A DNA stretch of 24,919 bases from a virus (IMGVR_UViG_3300030372_004366:1-24919); one strand, 5' to 3'. Shown: positions 16,715 to 23,824, counted from the first letter of the stretch. Made by a program: numbers and translations. Notes: a model not told the origin generated them from the letters alone.

Positions 16715-16844
16715 AATATTCATCTAGTAATTTGTTTTTTAATTCCACTACTTCCTTATGTAAAAGCGTGCAGTTTTTAGGACGGCGGTGTATGAAGTCA
16801 AAGCGTCCTATTAAATGTAGTAATTCTTCTTTGTTTAGTTGCAT
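16689..16844 (-). CDS. Hypothetical protein (51 aa)
   Basis: MQLNKEELLHL start at 16844 with GGAGG upstream. Confidence 0.6.
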   Translation of the reverse strand: MQLNKEELLHLIGRFDFIHRRPKNCTLLHKEVVELKNKLLDEYYVRSRQVR

Positions 16845-16857
16845 AACCTCCGTGAGA

Positions 16858-16914
16858 TAAAGGAAAGAAGAGGGAGAGTCCCTCATTTAGCCCACCAAAA
16901 AGGAAGGACTAAAG
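16858..16914 (-). terminator. Two-hairpin element with pyrimidine tail (terminator or RNA-processing site)
   Basis: Minus strand TTTAGTCC...GGGCTAAA, then GAGGGA-CTC-TCCCTC followed by TTCTTTCCTTTT. Confidence 0.5.
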
Positions 16915-16921
16915 GAGAAAA

Positions 16922-17128
16922 TCATTCAGCAATAATCCATTGGTTTTTATCAACCCATGTTTCATTACCATCTACACAGTGCTGACAAAGTACTGCCGTC
17001 CATGCGAAGTGATAAGCTACCCAGCTATTGCCGCAATGTGGACACTTAATTAGTTTTCCTTCATTGCCTGCTTTTGTATATCTATTAACGAATTTAATTC
17101 TCTCTTGATTTGTTATTTCAAGGGTCAT
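16922..17128 (-). CDS. Small zinc-ribbon protein (68 aa)
   Basis: Two CxxC pairs (CPHC, CQHC) in VNRYTKAG...YHFAW...VDK context. Confidence 0.75.
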   Translation of the reverse strand: MTLEITNQERIKFVNRYTKAGNEGKLIKCPHCGNSWVAYHFAWTAVLCQHCVDGNETWVDKNQWIIAE

Positions 17129-17307
17129 AATGATCCCTCTAATAAGTCAACACATGCCCAATATGATTGTGAAAGATAAGGTACTTTGTTTATTCTTTCT
17201 AGTAATAAGTTCCTTAACTCGTTATCAAGAATTGGCTGGCGTCCATGTTGTTGATGGCGTCCATGTTGAATAAGGGCGTCGTACGCGTGCGAGGATAAGG
17301 CGTGCAT
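17125..17307 (-). CDS. Hypothetical protein (60 aa)
   Basis: ATGA-coupled to the zinc-ribbon gene; contains a 14-bp duplication (TGGCGTCCATGTTG at 17237-17250 and 17255-17268). Start uncertain. Confidence 0.45.
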   Translation of the reverse strand: MHALSSHAYDALIQHGRHQQHGRQPILDNELRNLLLERINKVPYLSQSYWACVDLLEGSL

Positions 17308-17430
17308 ATGTGCGTGTGCGTGATGTGTACGGGCGTGCGGATGTGTACGCGTAGGCGTGTAGCCTAGACGCGTGTGTTCACCTGCACATGCGAGGGCGTG
17401 AGCACCTCATCATGCCCGCTTATGTGCGTG
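17285..17430. repeat. Cluster of nine co-oriented GCGTG pentamers in a GC-rich, mostly non-coding patch
   Basis: Counted directly; also GATGTGTACG twice and several inverted repeats. Confidence 0.75.
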
Positions 17431-17460
17431 AATGCACACAAGAAGGGCAAGAAGAGAAGG

Positions 17461-17592
17461 TCAAATTAAAAACCCCAAAGAAATAAGAGACACTGCAACA
17501 ATGGCAAGGGATCTCATCTTTTCTTTTAGTTCATCAGTCTCTTTAATTAAATCAATTAGTTGAGACTTAGTTAACTTTGAATAGTTAGACAT
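17461..17592 (-). CDS. Small membrane-anchored protein (43 aa)
   Basis: MSNYSKLTKSQLIDLIKETDELKEKMRSLAIVAVSLISLGFLI: helical N-terminus, C-terminal hydrophobic segment. Not in ORF track. Confidence 0.65.
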   Translation of the reverse strand: MSNYSKLTKSQLIDLIKETDELKEKMRSLAIVAVSLISLGFLI

Positions 17593-17646
17593 GTTCAATG
17601 AGTAGATAAGTTAAGAACAAGGGAAGCAAAGCAAGAGGAAATAAAA

Positions 17647-17955
17647 TCATGCGTAACACTCAGTCTCAGCCATGCGTTGCTGACAATAGTTTTCAACTAC
17701 TATCCAAACAATTACATTGATGAGTTGATTAACAGTTACGTTCTCATCGCACGTGATTTGTTTCATGTAGTTGTCACCAAAGTACAACTCATTCATGTAA
17801 TCCTCGATCTCATCTTCATATTCAAAAAAGAATTTGCGAATCTCATTGTAATAAATAAAACCGCCAACTCCACCTGAACATCCGTAGTTTGCTACGTCCT
17901 TGACTTCTTCTAGATCATCAAAGCGTGCATCTAATGCATCAATTAAACGTGACAT
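17647..17955 (-). CDS. Acidic early protein (102 aa)
   Basis: DVANYGCSGGVGGFIYY...FFFEYEDEIEDY; 21 D/E versus 7 K/R. Confidence 0.8.
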   Translation of the reverse strand: MSRLIDALDARFDDLEEVKDVANYGCSGGVGGFIYYNEIRKFFFEYEDEIEDYMNELYFGDNYMKQITCDENVTVNQLINVIVWIVVENYCQQRMAETECYA

Positions 17956-17989
17956 GTTGAATGATAGCTTCTCTCATTGAGAAGCAATT

Positions 17990-18032
17990 GCACTGGTAGG
18001 AGTTGCACCCACCCCGGGCTATTATCCCGTGC
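17990..18032 (-). ncRNA. Three-way-junction RNA element with T-loop-like arm (copy 2)
   Basis: GCAC [GGG ATAATAG CCC] GG [GGTGGG TGCAACT CCTACC] A GTGC; followed by hairpin GCTTCTC-AATGA-GAGAAGC. Confidence 0.55.
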
Positions 18033-18046
18033 TAAATGTTAATTAG

Positions 18047-18319
18047 TTAAACAAAAGAAGGTAGTTGTGCACCTTTATAAGGTACGAAGTCAATGAACCC
18101 AGCGTCCTTGACACGACTAGCTTTTAAGCAGTTATTGTTTACCCAAAAACCTAAAGATATATCAGGATTAAATAATACATTTGCAATAGCACGAGCTGAA
18201 ACATTTGTATATCTATACTGATAACCATTAGTGAAAGTTACTAGTGCAGTCCTTGCTAATAGATCTACTTTTAGATCATCAATAGCTGAGGATGTGCGAG
18301 TTGGTACTGTGATAAACAT
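18047..18319 (-). CDS. Conserved cyanopodovirus early protein (90 aa)
   Basis: Likely start MFITVPTRTSSAI at 18319; YRYTNVSARAI...SLGFWVN motif recalled from left-end genes of related phages. Confidence 0.8.
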   Translation of the reverse strand: MFITVPTRTSSAIDDLKVDLLARTALVTFTNGYQYRYTNVSARAIANVLFNPDISLGFWVNNNCLKASRVKDAGFIDFVPYKGAQLPSFV

Positions 18320-18419
18320 AGTTAATGAACGAATGAACAAGTGATGTACATAAATGTACAAAGAACTCTTTAAAAAAAGAGTAAAGAAAGGGTGCCGATT
18401 CGATCGGCTGCATCTCGCA

Positions 18420-18641
18420 TCACCAAGCGTTTGCTGTGGCGTACTCTTCCTGATATTCTTCGAACAATTCTTGTTCTTGAATACCGATTAACTCACTAAA
18501 AGTATAGTGAGAAGCCAGACCTGAACTGACTTGATCCCAGTTCTCATTGATGATGTCCTTGATCCATTCAGGAGTATCGGATGACATGTAAGCAACTGGA
18601 GAAGTGCAGTTATCAGGGATGAAAGGCTGTAAAGTTTGCAT
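18420..18641 (-). CDS. First early gene, acidic hypothetical protein (73 aa)
   Basis: Likely start MQTLQPFIP at 18641; acidic tail EQELFEEYQEEY. The track's upstream extension covers structured RNA. Confidence 0.65.
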   Translation of the reverse strand: MQTLQPFIPDNCTSPVAYMSSDTPEWIKDIINENWDQVSSGLASHYTFSELIGIQEQELFEEYQEEYATANAW

Positions 18642-18658
18642 AATTAAATAGCGACAAA

Positions 18659-18706
18659 AACCCAGACGAGGACTTGAACCTCGATGAATGCCTGACATTC
18701 TGGGTT
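18659..18706 (-). ncRNA. tRNA-like minihelix element (copy 1)
   Basis: AACCCAGA...CGAGG TTCAAGT CCTCG TCTGGGTT: 8-bp closing stem with a canonical 5-bp/7-nt T arm stacked on it. Confidence 0.65.
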
Positions 18707-18859
18707 GTTCATTCTTAACATGTTTTATGAACGACAAGGTGCAAGGGCTGCTTCATGTCTTCGCTAATGTCCTAAGTCGGGGAAACCTTTAGTGAGGCGG
18801 CTTATCAAGACCGCTGTGTTCTTTTCAGAACCCCATTAGCTCGTTGTTTGGTTCTCTCT

Positions 18860-18935
18860 AGACTCTTGATTGAATCTTGAGAACTCTCTCACCCTCTAAA
18901 GAGAGTTCGAAAGATCTCAATCTTCAAAAGAGTCT
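18860..18935. repeat. 76-nt imperfect inverted repeat at start of the early leader
   Basis: Paired arms AGACTCTT/AAGAGTCT, GATTGA/TCAATC, ATCTT/AAGAT, GAACTCTC/GAGAGTTC around a 12-nt loop. Confidence 0.8.
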
Positions 18936-18945
18936 TAGTGTTTTC

Positions 18946-18954
18946 ATTATACCA
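18946..18954 (-). promoter_or_regulatory. Host sigma70-type extended -10 promoter for early genes
   Basis: Minus strand TGgTATAAT, a perfect extended -10, upstream of the first early gene and pointing into the early region. Confidence 0.7.
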
Positions 18955-18959
18955 GAGTG

Positions 18960-19428
18960 AACAGAGCTAGCGGTGAGTATATTTGCTCATCTTTGTGCAG
19001 CAGTGGACAAGATCCCAGTCAGCGACAGGGTCATTAGTAAAACTGATCGTTCGAGGGTCGGTCCATATATCACAGTTGCTGCAAGGTGTCTAGTGCTTTG
19101 TCCTGGTTTCCTGACAATGCAAGCCGCACAGATCGCGTGTGACCTACCCGTGCGAGTGCTACACCTTGCTACACTAAAGAGAAATAAACAGGGCAAATCC
19201 ATTGCAACAACTGGGATGTTGCCACTTCTTTCCTCACGATCGCGGTTCAATCTACCGCGTGCGGGCACGCCCCTGCGTTAATTGATCGCGTGAAGCGAAT
19301 ATGTAGTTCGCTGCAAGCCCAGTCATAGCAATGGATCTCAGCTACCACCCCCACCCCTGCGGATTTCAAACCCCCCTGGGGGGTGTGCGTCCGTCCTTCC
19401 CCCTACGAAAGGACTTCAGAGATTTTCG
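18960..19428. other. Non-coding genome-end junction (probable collapsed direct terminal repeat)
   Basis: Lies between the last late gene (talC) and the early promoter; no credible CDS; contains ACCCCCC-T-GGGGGGT palindrome (19370-19384), three GATCGCG and C-runs. Confidence 0.7.
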
Positions 19429-20082
19429 TCATTTTTTAAGGAGTGACTCCTGATGATCCCTGTTAAACGTTGATATACCTTGATCTGTTAGCCAGGATTC
19501 ATGCATTTGGTCATATACTTCCAACGGAACTGTGCATATATCAGCTCCAAACCTAAATGCCTTCTCAATACTGTAAACATCCCTAATAGATGCAGCCAAT
19601 ATCTTAGTTTCTATTGAATTAGCCTTATATAAACTACTAATCTCACCAATTAACCCATATCCATCCATTGAATTATCTTTCAATCGTCCAATAAAGGGAG
19701 ACACATAGGTTGCACCTGCTAAAGCACACAATATTGCTTGAGGAACTGTGAATACAAGTGTCATATTGACTCTAATATCCTCTTCTGTCAGATAATTACA
19801 AGCTTTTAATCCATCAGGAGTACAAGGAAGTTTAATCGTTGCAAAGCTGCCATATTTATACGCTAGGTCTCTACCCATCTGTATAAAGTCATGATATTCA
19901 TGAGCCACAACCTCCATAGACACATCAGGTACACCGATATTCACTATCTTGTCGTAGACATCTTCAATCTTTCTCCCAGACTTTCTAATGAGAGTAGGGT
20001 TGGTGGTAACACCTGCTATTAAGCCAGAGGAGAATCTTTTCTCTATCTGTTTAACATCAGCTGTATCAAGAAATAATTTCAT
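19429..20082 (-). CDS. talC: Transaldolase (TalC family)
   Basis: MKLFLDTAD, GVTTNPTL, Schiff-base IKLP, VNMTLVF, YVSPFIGR, ILAASIR. Confidence 0.97.
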   Translation of the reverse strand: MKLFLDTADVKQIEKRFSSGLIAGVTTNPTLIRKSGRKIEDVYDKIVNIGVPDVSMEVVAHEYHDFIQMGRDLAYKYGSFATIKLPCTPDGLKACNYLTEEDIRVNMTLVFTVPQAILCALAGATYVSPFIGRLKDNSMDGYGLIGEISSLYKANSIETKILAASIRDVYSIEKAFRFGADICTVPLEVYDQMHESWLTDQGISTFNRDHQESLLKK

Positions 20083-20123
20083 ACTGTTATTACTGTATTA
20101 ACACTAATTAGCTAAGTTAGAGT

Positions 20124-20237
20124 AGGTGGGAGTAGTACTTACAAGATCAACATCCAGCGTTGATATGTAAAGGGAAATGGTTGTCTATAGGACGACCGAT
20201 TTCCCCTTGAGGCGAGGGTCCACCCTTCCCTCTGCCT
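20124..20237 (-). other. Three consecutive hairpins between terminase and talC
   Basis: Stems at 20210-20237, 20169-20208 and 20139-20170 read directly from the sequence. Confidence 0.6.
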
Positions 20238-20256
20238 GTATAGATGTGGGCTTGCT

Positions 20257-21990
20257 CTAAACCCAGTTAGAGACTGACTTCCCATTTTCTAAACCTCTAG
20301 CTGTATCTCTTTGGTCTTTATTCATCCCGAGCACTAGATGGTTAGCTGAAGAGTGAGGGTTATCTAGGTAGTCTTCCAAGATAGAGTTCCATTCTTCAAG
20401 TTGTCTTAATTTGATCTGTTGCTCAGCTGATATAGATAAAGCATCAGTAAAATACTTTACGCCTTGGGCAAGGCAATCAATTCTATCGTCATGCTTGACG
20501 GCATATTTCTGTCTACACATTCGAGAGTATTGATAGAAGAGCATATATACAAGCCGTTCTTCAGGAGCTGCGTCTGGGTTAGAGTTGTAATCCCAGTCGA
20601 TAATCGCCCGGTCGATAACAAGACGATGCTGGTTAAGAATAGGCTCCAAACTATCAATGATGCGATCCTCTTTACGGACATTAGCTCTAGTCTCCTCAAT
20701 ATGAATAGCTTGTTTAGTCTGTTGAATATGTTTTTTAAATAGTTCAGCTACTATTCCATCACCAAAGTTAGATTCAATAAGAAGAGTAGAAGCATTAAAC
20801 TTCTTACAACCTTTAAGAATGTCTAACAAAGTTGAGTCTGAGTACCCGTCTCTGTAGGCACGCATTTCATGCAAGTAGAGGAACCCATTACGTTGGGAGA
20901 GATAGGCTGCAGTTGTCTCGTCGCTTCCTCTACCCGACGGATCAACGCTGCAAATTGTCTCTTGGTAATCTCCCCATTCTCCAACAAGTTGCATTGGAGA
21001 GTAAAAATAATCTCCTGGGAGACCGACTGTGGGTGCATCTTTGATGACGTTAGCTGGGTCGGAGCACCAAACGACGGATTCAGGAGCTTTAGTTGGGTTA
21101 ACGGAAGTAACAACAAGATCAGCCATTTTAAGTGGAAACTTCTCAGCATCACTGAGGGAAGTATCCAACATGAACTGAAGCATGAAGTTAGAACGTCCCA
21201 TGGACGCTTCACGTTCAAGTAAGTTTTCATGGTCAAATCTATCTGAGTCTGTTGTTTCCCACGGATCAACACCTTCATCAATATCTGCTTGGAGTTGAGG
21301 AGCTAATAAACCTTCGTAGTTAGAAAGTTTACGTGGATATCTAGCTGGCCAAACAAAAGGTCTGTAATTACGTTCAGCTAATTTTCTATAGACAGTAAAG
21401 GTTGTCTGAGGTGTACCCAGGTACATAATTCTACTGTCATCATGAGGAGTAAGGATTGATTCAGCTTCAGTACAAAGTTGTAAAAGCTTCTCTCTCATAA
21501 ATTCAGTCATAGAGTTACCGGGAACTTCTATGTCATCAAGAATCATTAGGTCTGCACGACTACCTGTTAGCTGACCTGTAATACCAACTGACTTAACTGA
21601 TGGTGCTTGGTGAGGAGAGCAAAGTACATCGAAGGATATACGAGACCATCTAGCATCATCACTTTTAGGTTGTAAGTGTTTAAGCCATTTGGTCTCAATA
21701 ATTAATTTTTGAAGAAAAATAGACATGTTATCTGCACGTTCTTTAGATGCAGAGATAATCATTATTTTCTTTTCTGGGTTGTTAAATAATGTCCATAAGA
21801 CAAAAGCACCAGTAATCCAAGACTTGCCAACACCCCTGAAAGCCTGAATCTGGAGTCTTTTGGGACCGTTCTGCAAGTAATCTGCAATGGCATATTGAGC
21901 ACGTGTAGGAGGTGGAAGCTCAAGCTGATCCCATAAAGCCGTCAGAAACACCCCGAAATCGTCCTGTAAGGCGGTTAAAGTATCTTCCAT
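20257..21990 (-). CDS. Terminase large subunit (T7 gp19-like DNA maturase B)
   Basis: QAFRGVGKSWIT Walker A, LTGSRADLMILDDIE Walker B, LGTPQ, VDPSGRGSDET, KHDDRIDCL. Confidence 0.98.
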   Translation of the reverse strand: MEDTLTALQDDFGVFLTALWDQLELPPPTRAQYAIADYLQNGPKRLQIQAFRGVGKSWITGAFVLWTLFNNPEKKIMIISASKERADNMSIFLQKLIIETKWLKHLQPKSDDARWSRISFDVLCSPHQAPSVKSVGITGQLTGSRADLMILDDIEVPGNSMTEFMREKLLQLCTEAESILTPHDDSRIMYLGTPQTTFTVYRKLAERNYRPFVWPARYPRKLSNYEGLLAPQLQADIDEGVDPWETTDSDRFDHENLLEREASMGRSNFMLQFMLDTSLSDAEKFPLKMADLVVTSVNPTKAPESVVWCSDPANVIKDAPTVGLPGDYFYSPMQLVGEWGDYQETICSVDPSGRGSDETTAAYLSQRNGFLYLHEMRAYRDGYSDSTLLDILKGCKKFNASTLLIESNFGDGIVAELFKKHIQQTKQAIHIEETRANVRKEDRIIDSLEPILNQHRLVIDRAIIDWDYNSNPDAAPEERLVYMLFYQYSRMCRQKYAVKHDDRIDCLAQGVKYFTDALSISAEQQIKLRQLEEWNSILEDYLDNPHSSANHLVLGMNKDQRDTARGLENGKSVSNWV

Positions 21991-22022
21991 ATGTGTTTGT
22001 ACATTTACGTATAACGGACGTC

Positions 22023-23447
22023 TTAGAAGGCGTTAGCGATGTTTGTTCTAGCACCGTTTAAAGAAGTTTTTACTGAGCTAAATGCATCTTCTACTGATTC
22101 ATTCAATCGACCTCTAGACACAACATTTGCTATGTCATAAACATCTTTAAGTATTAAGGCTGTAAGTAGTGCAGGTGCAGCAGGTCCAGCAGCTAAAGCC
22201 AGTCCTTTTTTAGCTAATTGTCTACCTGCAAGCACTATTAATTTTCTAGCAACAAGTTTTTTAACTCCTTTCTGAGCAAGTTTATTACCAATTGTAGTAG
22301 TAGCTTTTAGCATTGCTCTACCTGTAACATCACCTACAACAAGATCTGTGCCAAGAGTAACAATTGCTTCTGTGTATTTTTTATCGTCAAATAATTCTTG
22401 AGCTTCTCTAGCACCAGCTTCAGATGGAAGAAAGTTTAAAGAAGCTAAGGCTACACCACCTGCACCAATTTTAACTTTATTAGATAAACCATTTCTACCA
22501 TTTCTACCATTTAGACCGTTGCCGTTGCCATTACCGTATAAACCTTCTGCAATTTGTGTTGTTTCGTTATAACTTTTTCTTAAATTAGTACCTGCACCAT
22601 TAATAGAACTAATCTTCTTAGTTGGATCAAACAGTTGATCTTGATATAAAGTTCTATATAAACTATGGTTTTTTGAAGCAAAATCTTGCATATAGCCCAT
22701 TAACTCTCTATCAGCTGGCATTTGCACAGCATGTTTCATTAGTGATAAGGCTTTTTTTCTTTGATCTAATGAAGGGTTTTTACCAAGAAATTCTTGAAAA
22801 AATTTTCTATATGTTTTTTTACTACCTGGCTCTATTGGTGATTCAAGAAACTTATGTATTTTTGCATGAGGTTTATTTTCAGTTGTAAGTCCTGTACTTT
22901 TATCTGACGGTAAAAAAGCTGCATTTGCTTCTTTGTCACCTAAATCTAAACCAAGTGTATTCTTTGCATATAATTTTAATTCAGTTAATTGTTTACCTTT
23001 TAAACCTTTAAATGGCTCTCCGTATAATGCTGTCCAATGTTTATGATGAACATCAATACCAGATCCAGGTTTAGCTTTTGGAAAATTAGCTTCTCCTACA
23101 GTTTGTTTTTTAAGATTTTCAACTCTACTTTCATCGTAAGCTTGTTGTGTTTTTTGTCTACCTTTTCTAGCTTTCCAACTTCCTTTTTTCATAGAGCCAT
23201 CTGGATTCAGAGTGACTCCATTAACTAATCTGGCATAACCTTTTGGGTCATCTATAGTCGTTACATTGCCAGCTTTATCCCAATATGGATATCCTTGACC
23301 CATAAGATCCATAGCAAATCTATTTTGATCTTTAGGTTTTACCTCGGGATGGTTTTCTATTACAAATTTTTTAGTCTTACTAAAAAGTGGTTGGTATTCC
23401 TTTGCATGAAGTTTTGTAGGCTCTAAACCCTCATATATATCTGCCAT
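22023..23447 (-). CDS. 474-aa hypothetical protein with a possible His-rich (HNH/AHH-like) nuclease motif and hydrophobic C-terminus
   Basis: Long open frame; DVHHKH...N...L...HAKIH; Asn-Gly repeat linker; C-terminal GLALAAGPAAPALLTALIL. Confidence 0.75.
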   Translation of the reverse strand: MADIYEGLEPTKLHAKEYQPLFSKTKKFVIENHPEVKPKDQNRFAMDLMGQGYPYWDKAGNVTTIDDPKGYARLVNGVTLNPDGSMKKGSWKARKGRQKTQQAYDESRVENLKKQTVGEANFPKAKPGSGIDVHHKHWTALYGEPFKGLKGKQLTELKLYAKNTLGLDLGDKEANAAFLPSDKSTGLTTENKPHAKIHKFLESPIEPGSKKTYRKFFQEFLGKNPSLDQRKKALSLMKHAVQMPADRELMGYMQDFASKNHSLYRTLYQDQLFDPTKKISSINGAGTNLRKSYNETTQIAEGLYGNGNGNGLNGRNGRNGLSNKVKIGAGGVALASLNFLPSEAGAREAQELFDDKKYTEAIVTLGTDLVVGDVTGRAMLKATTTIGNKLAQKGVKKLVARKLIVLAGRQLAKKGLALAAGPAAPALLTALILKDVYDIANVVSRGRLNESVEDAFSSVKTSLNGARTNIANAF

Positions 23448-23472
23448 AAAAAAAGCCGCCCTTTCGGACGGC
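23448..23472 (-). terminator. Intrinsic terminator
   Basis: Minus strand GCCGTCC-GAAA-GGGCGGC followed by T7, ending directly at the ATG of the 474-aa ORF. Confidence 0.8.
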
Positions 23473-23494
23473 GTGAAATATCTTTGTCGAGTGG

Positions 23495-23824
23495 TTAATT
23501 AATGTGGCTATGTATTAGCCGTTCTCTATGTGGGATATGACCAAAAGTTGATCGCATCCAACTCAACCAGTGAGTACTACCTTTTTCCTCATTACATCTT
23601 CTGCAAGCGGGTACGACGTTACTTGTAAGGTCTTCACCGCCATAACATTTAGGTTTGACATGATCGATAGTGAGTTGATGTAGTTCATAATTGTTTCCGC
23701 AATAAACACATGTGCAATCGAAGTGCTCTTTCACAGCACGTCGCCATAATCTCTTTGATTCAGAGCTGGTCATGGTTATGAGGTTGTATTGATAATGTTG
23801 AGGACTAGGTAGTAATAAGGTCAT
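23495..23824 (-). CDS. HNH endonuclease
   Basis: CVYCG...TIDHVKPKCYGG...NVVPACRRCNEEKG. Confidence 0.92.
   Translation of the reverse strand: MTLLLPSPQHYQYNLITMTSSESKRLWRRAVKEHFDCTCVYCGNNYELHQLTIDHVKPKCYGGEDLTSNVVPACRRCNEEKGSTHWLSWMRSTFGHIPHRERLIHSHIN

Noticed and set aside
17237-17430. CRISPR-like mini-array
   Set aside because: Repeats are 5-14 bp with irregular spacing; no repeat-spacer periodicity or cas genes.
17392-17449. Hammerhead ribozyme (TGATGAG seen)
   Set aside because: Core CTGANGA is not matched (ATGATGA) and no GAAA strand follows the hairpin.
17492-17515. Extra copy of the attP/terminus motif (GAGATCCCTTG...) and a weaker one at 19011-19032
   Set aside because: Only half the consensus matches; the first lies inside a coding region, so not counted.
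18886-18906. T3-promoter-like CACCCTCTAAAGAGAG
   Set aside because: Partial match, wrong strand for the genes, no second copy; no phage RNAP promoter consensus could be identified by eye.
18973-19281. Two opposed ORFs (102 aa plus, 93 aa minus) in the end junction
   Set aside because: Alternative starts, no ribosome-binding site, atypical composition; higher GC makes chance ORFs likely in this non-coding region.
22488-22536. Tandem ACCATTTCT / CCGTTG repeats
   Set aside because: Explained by the Asn-Gly linker of the 474-aa protein; likewise the Gln/Glu-rich repeats at 1560-1705 are the portal tail.
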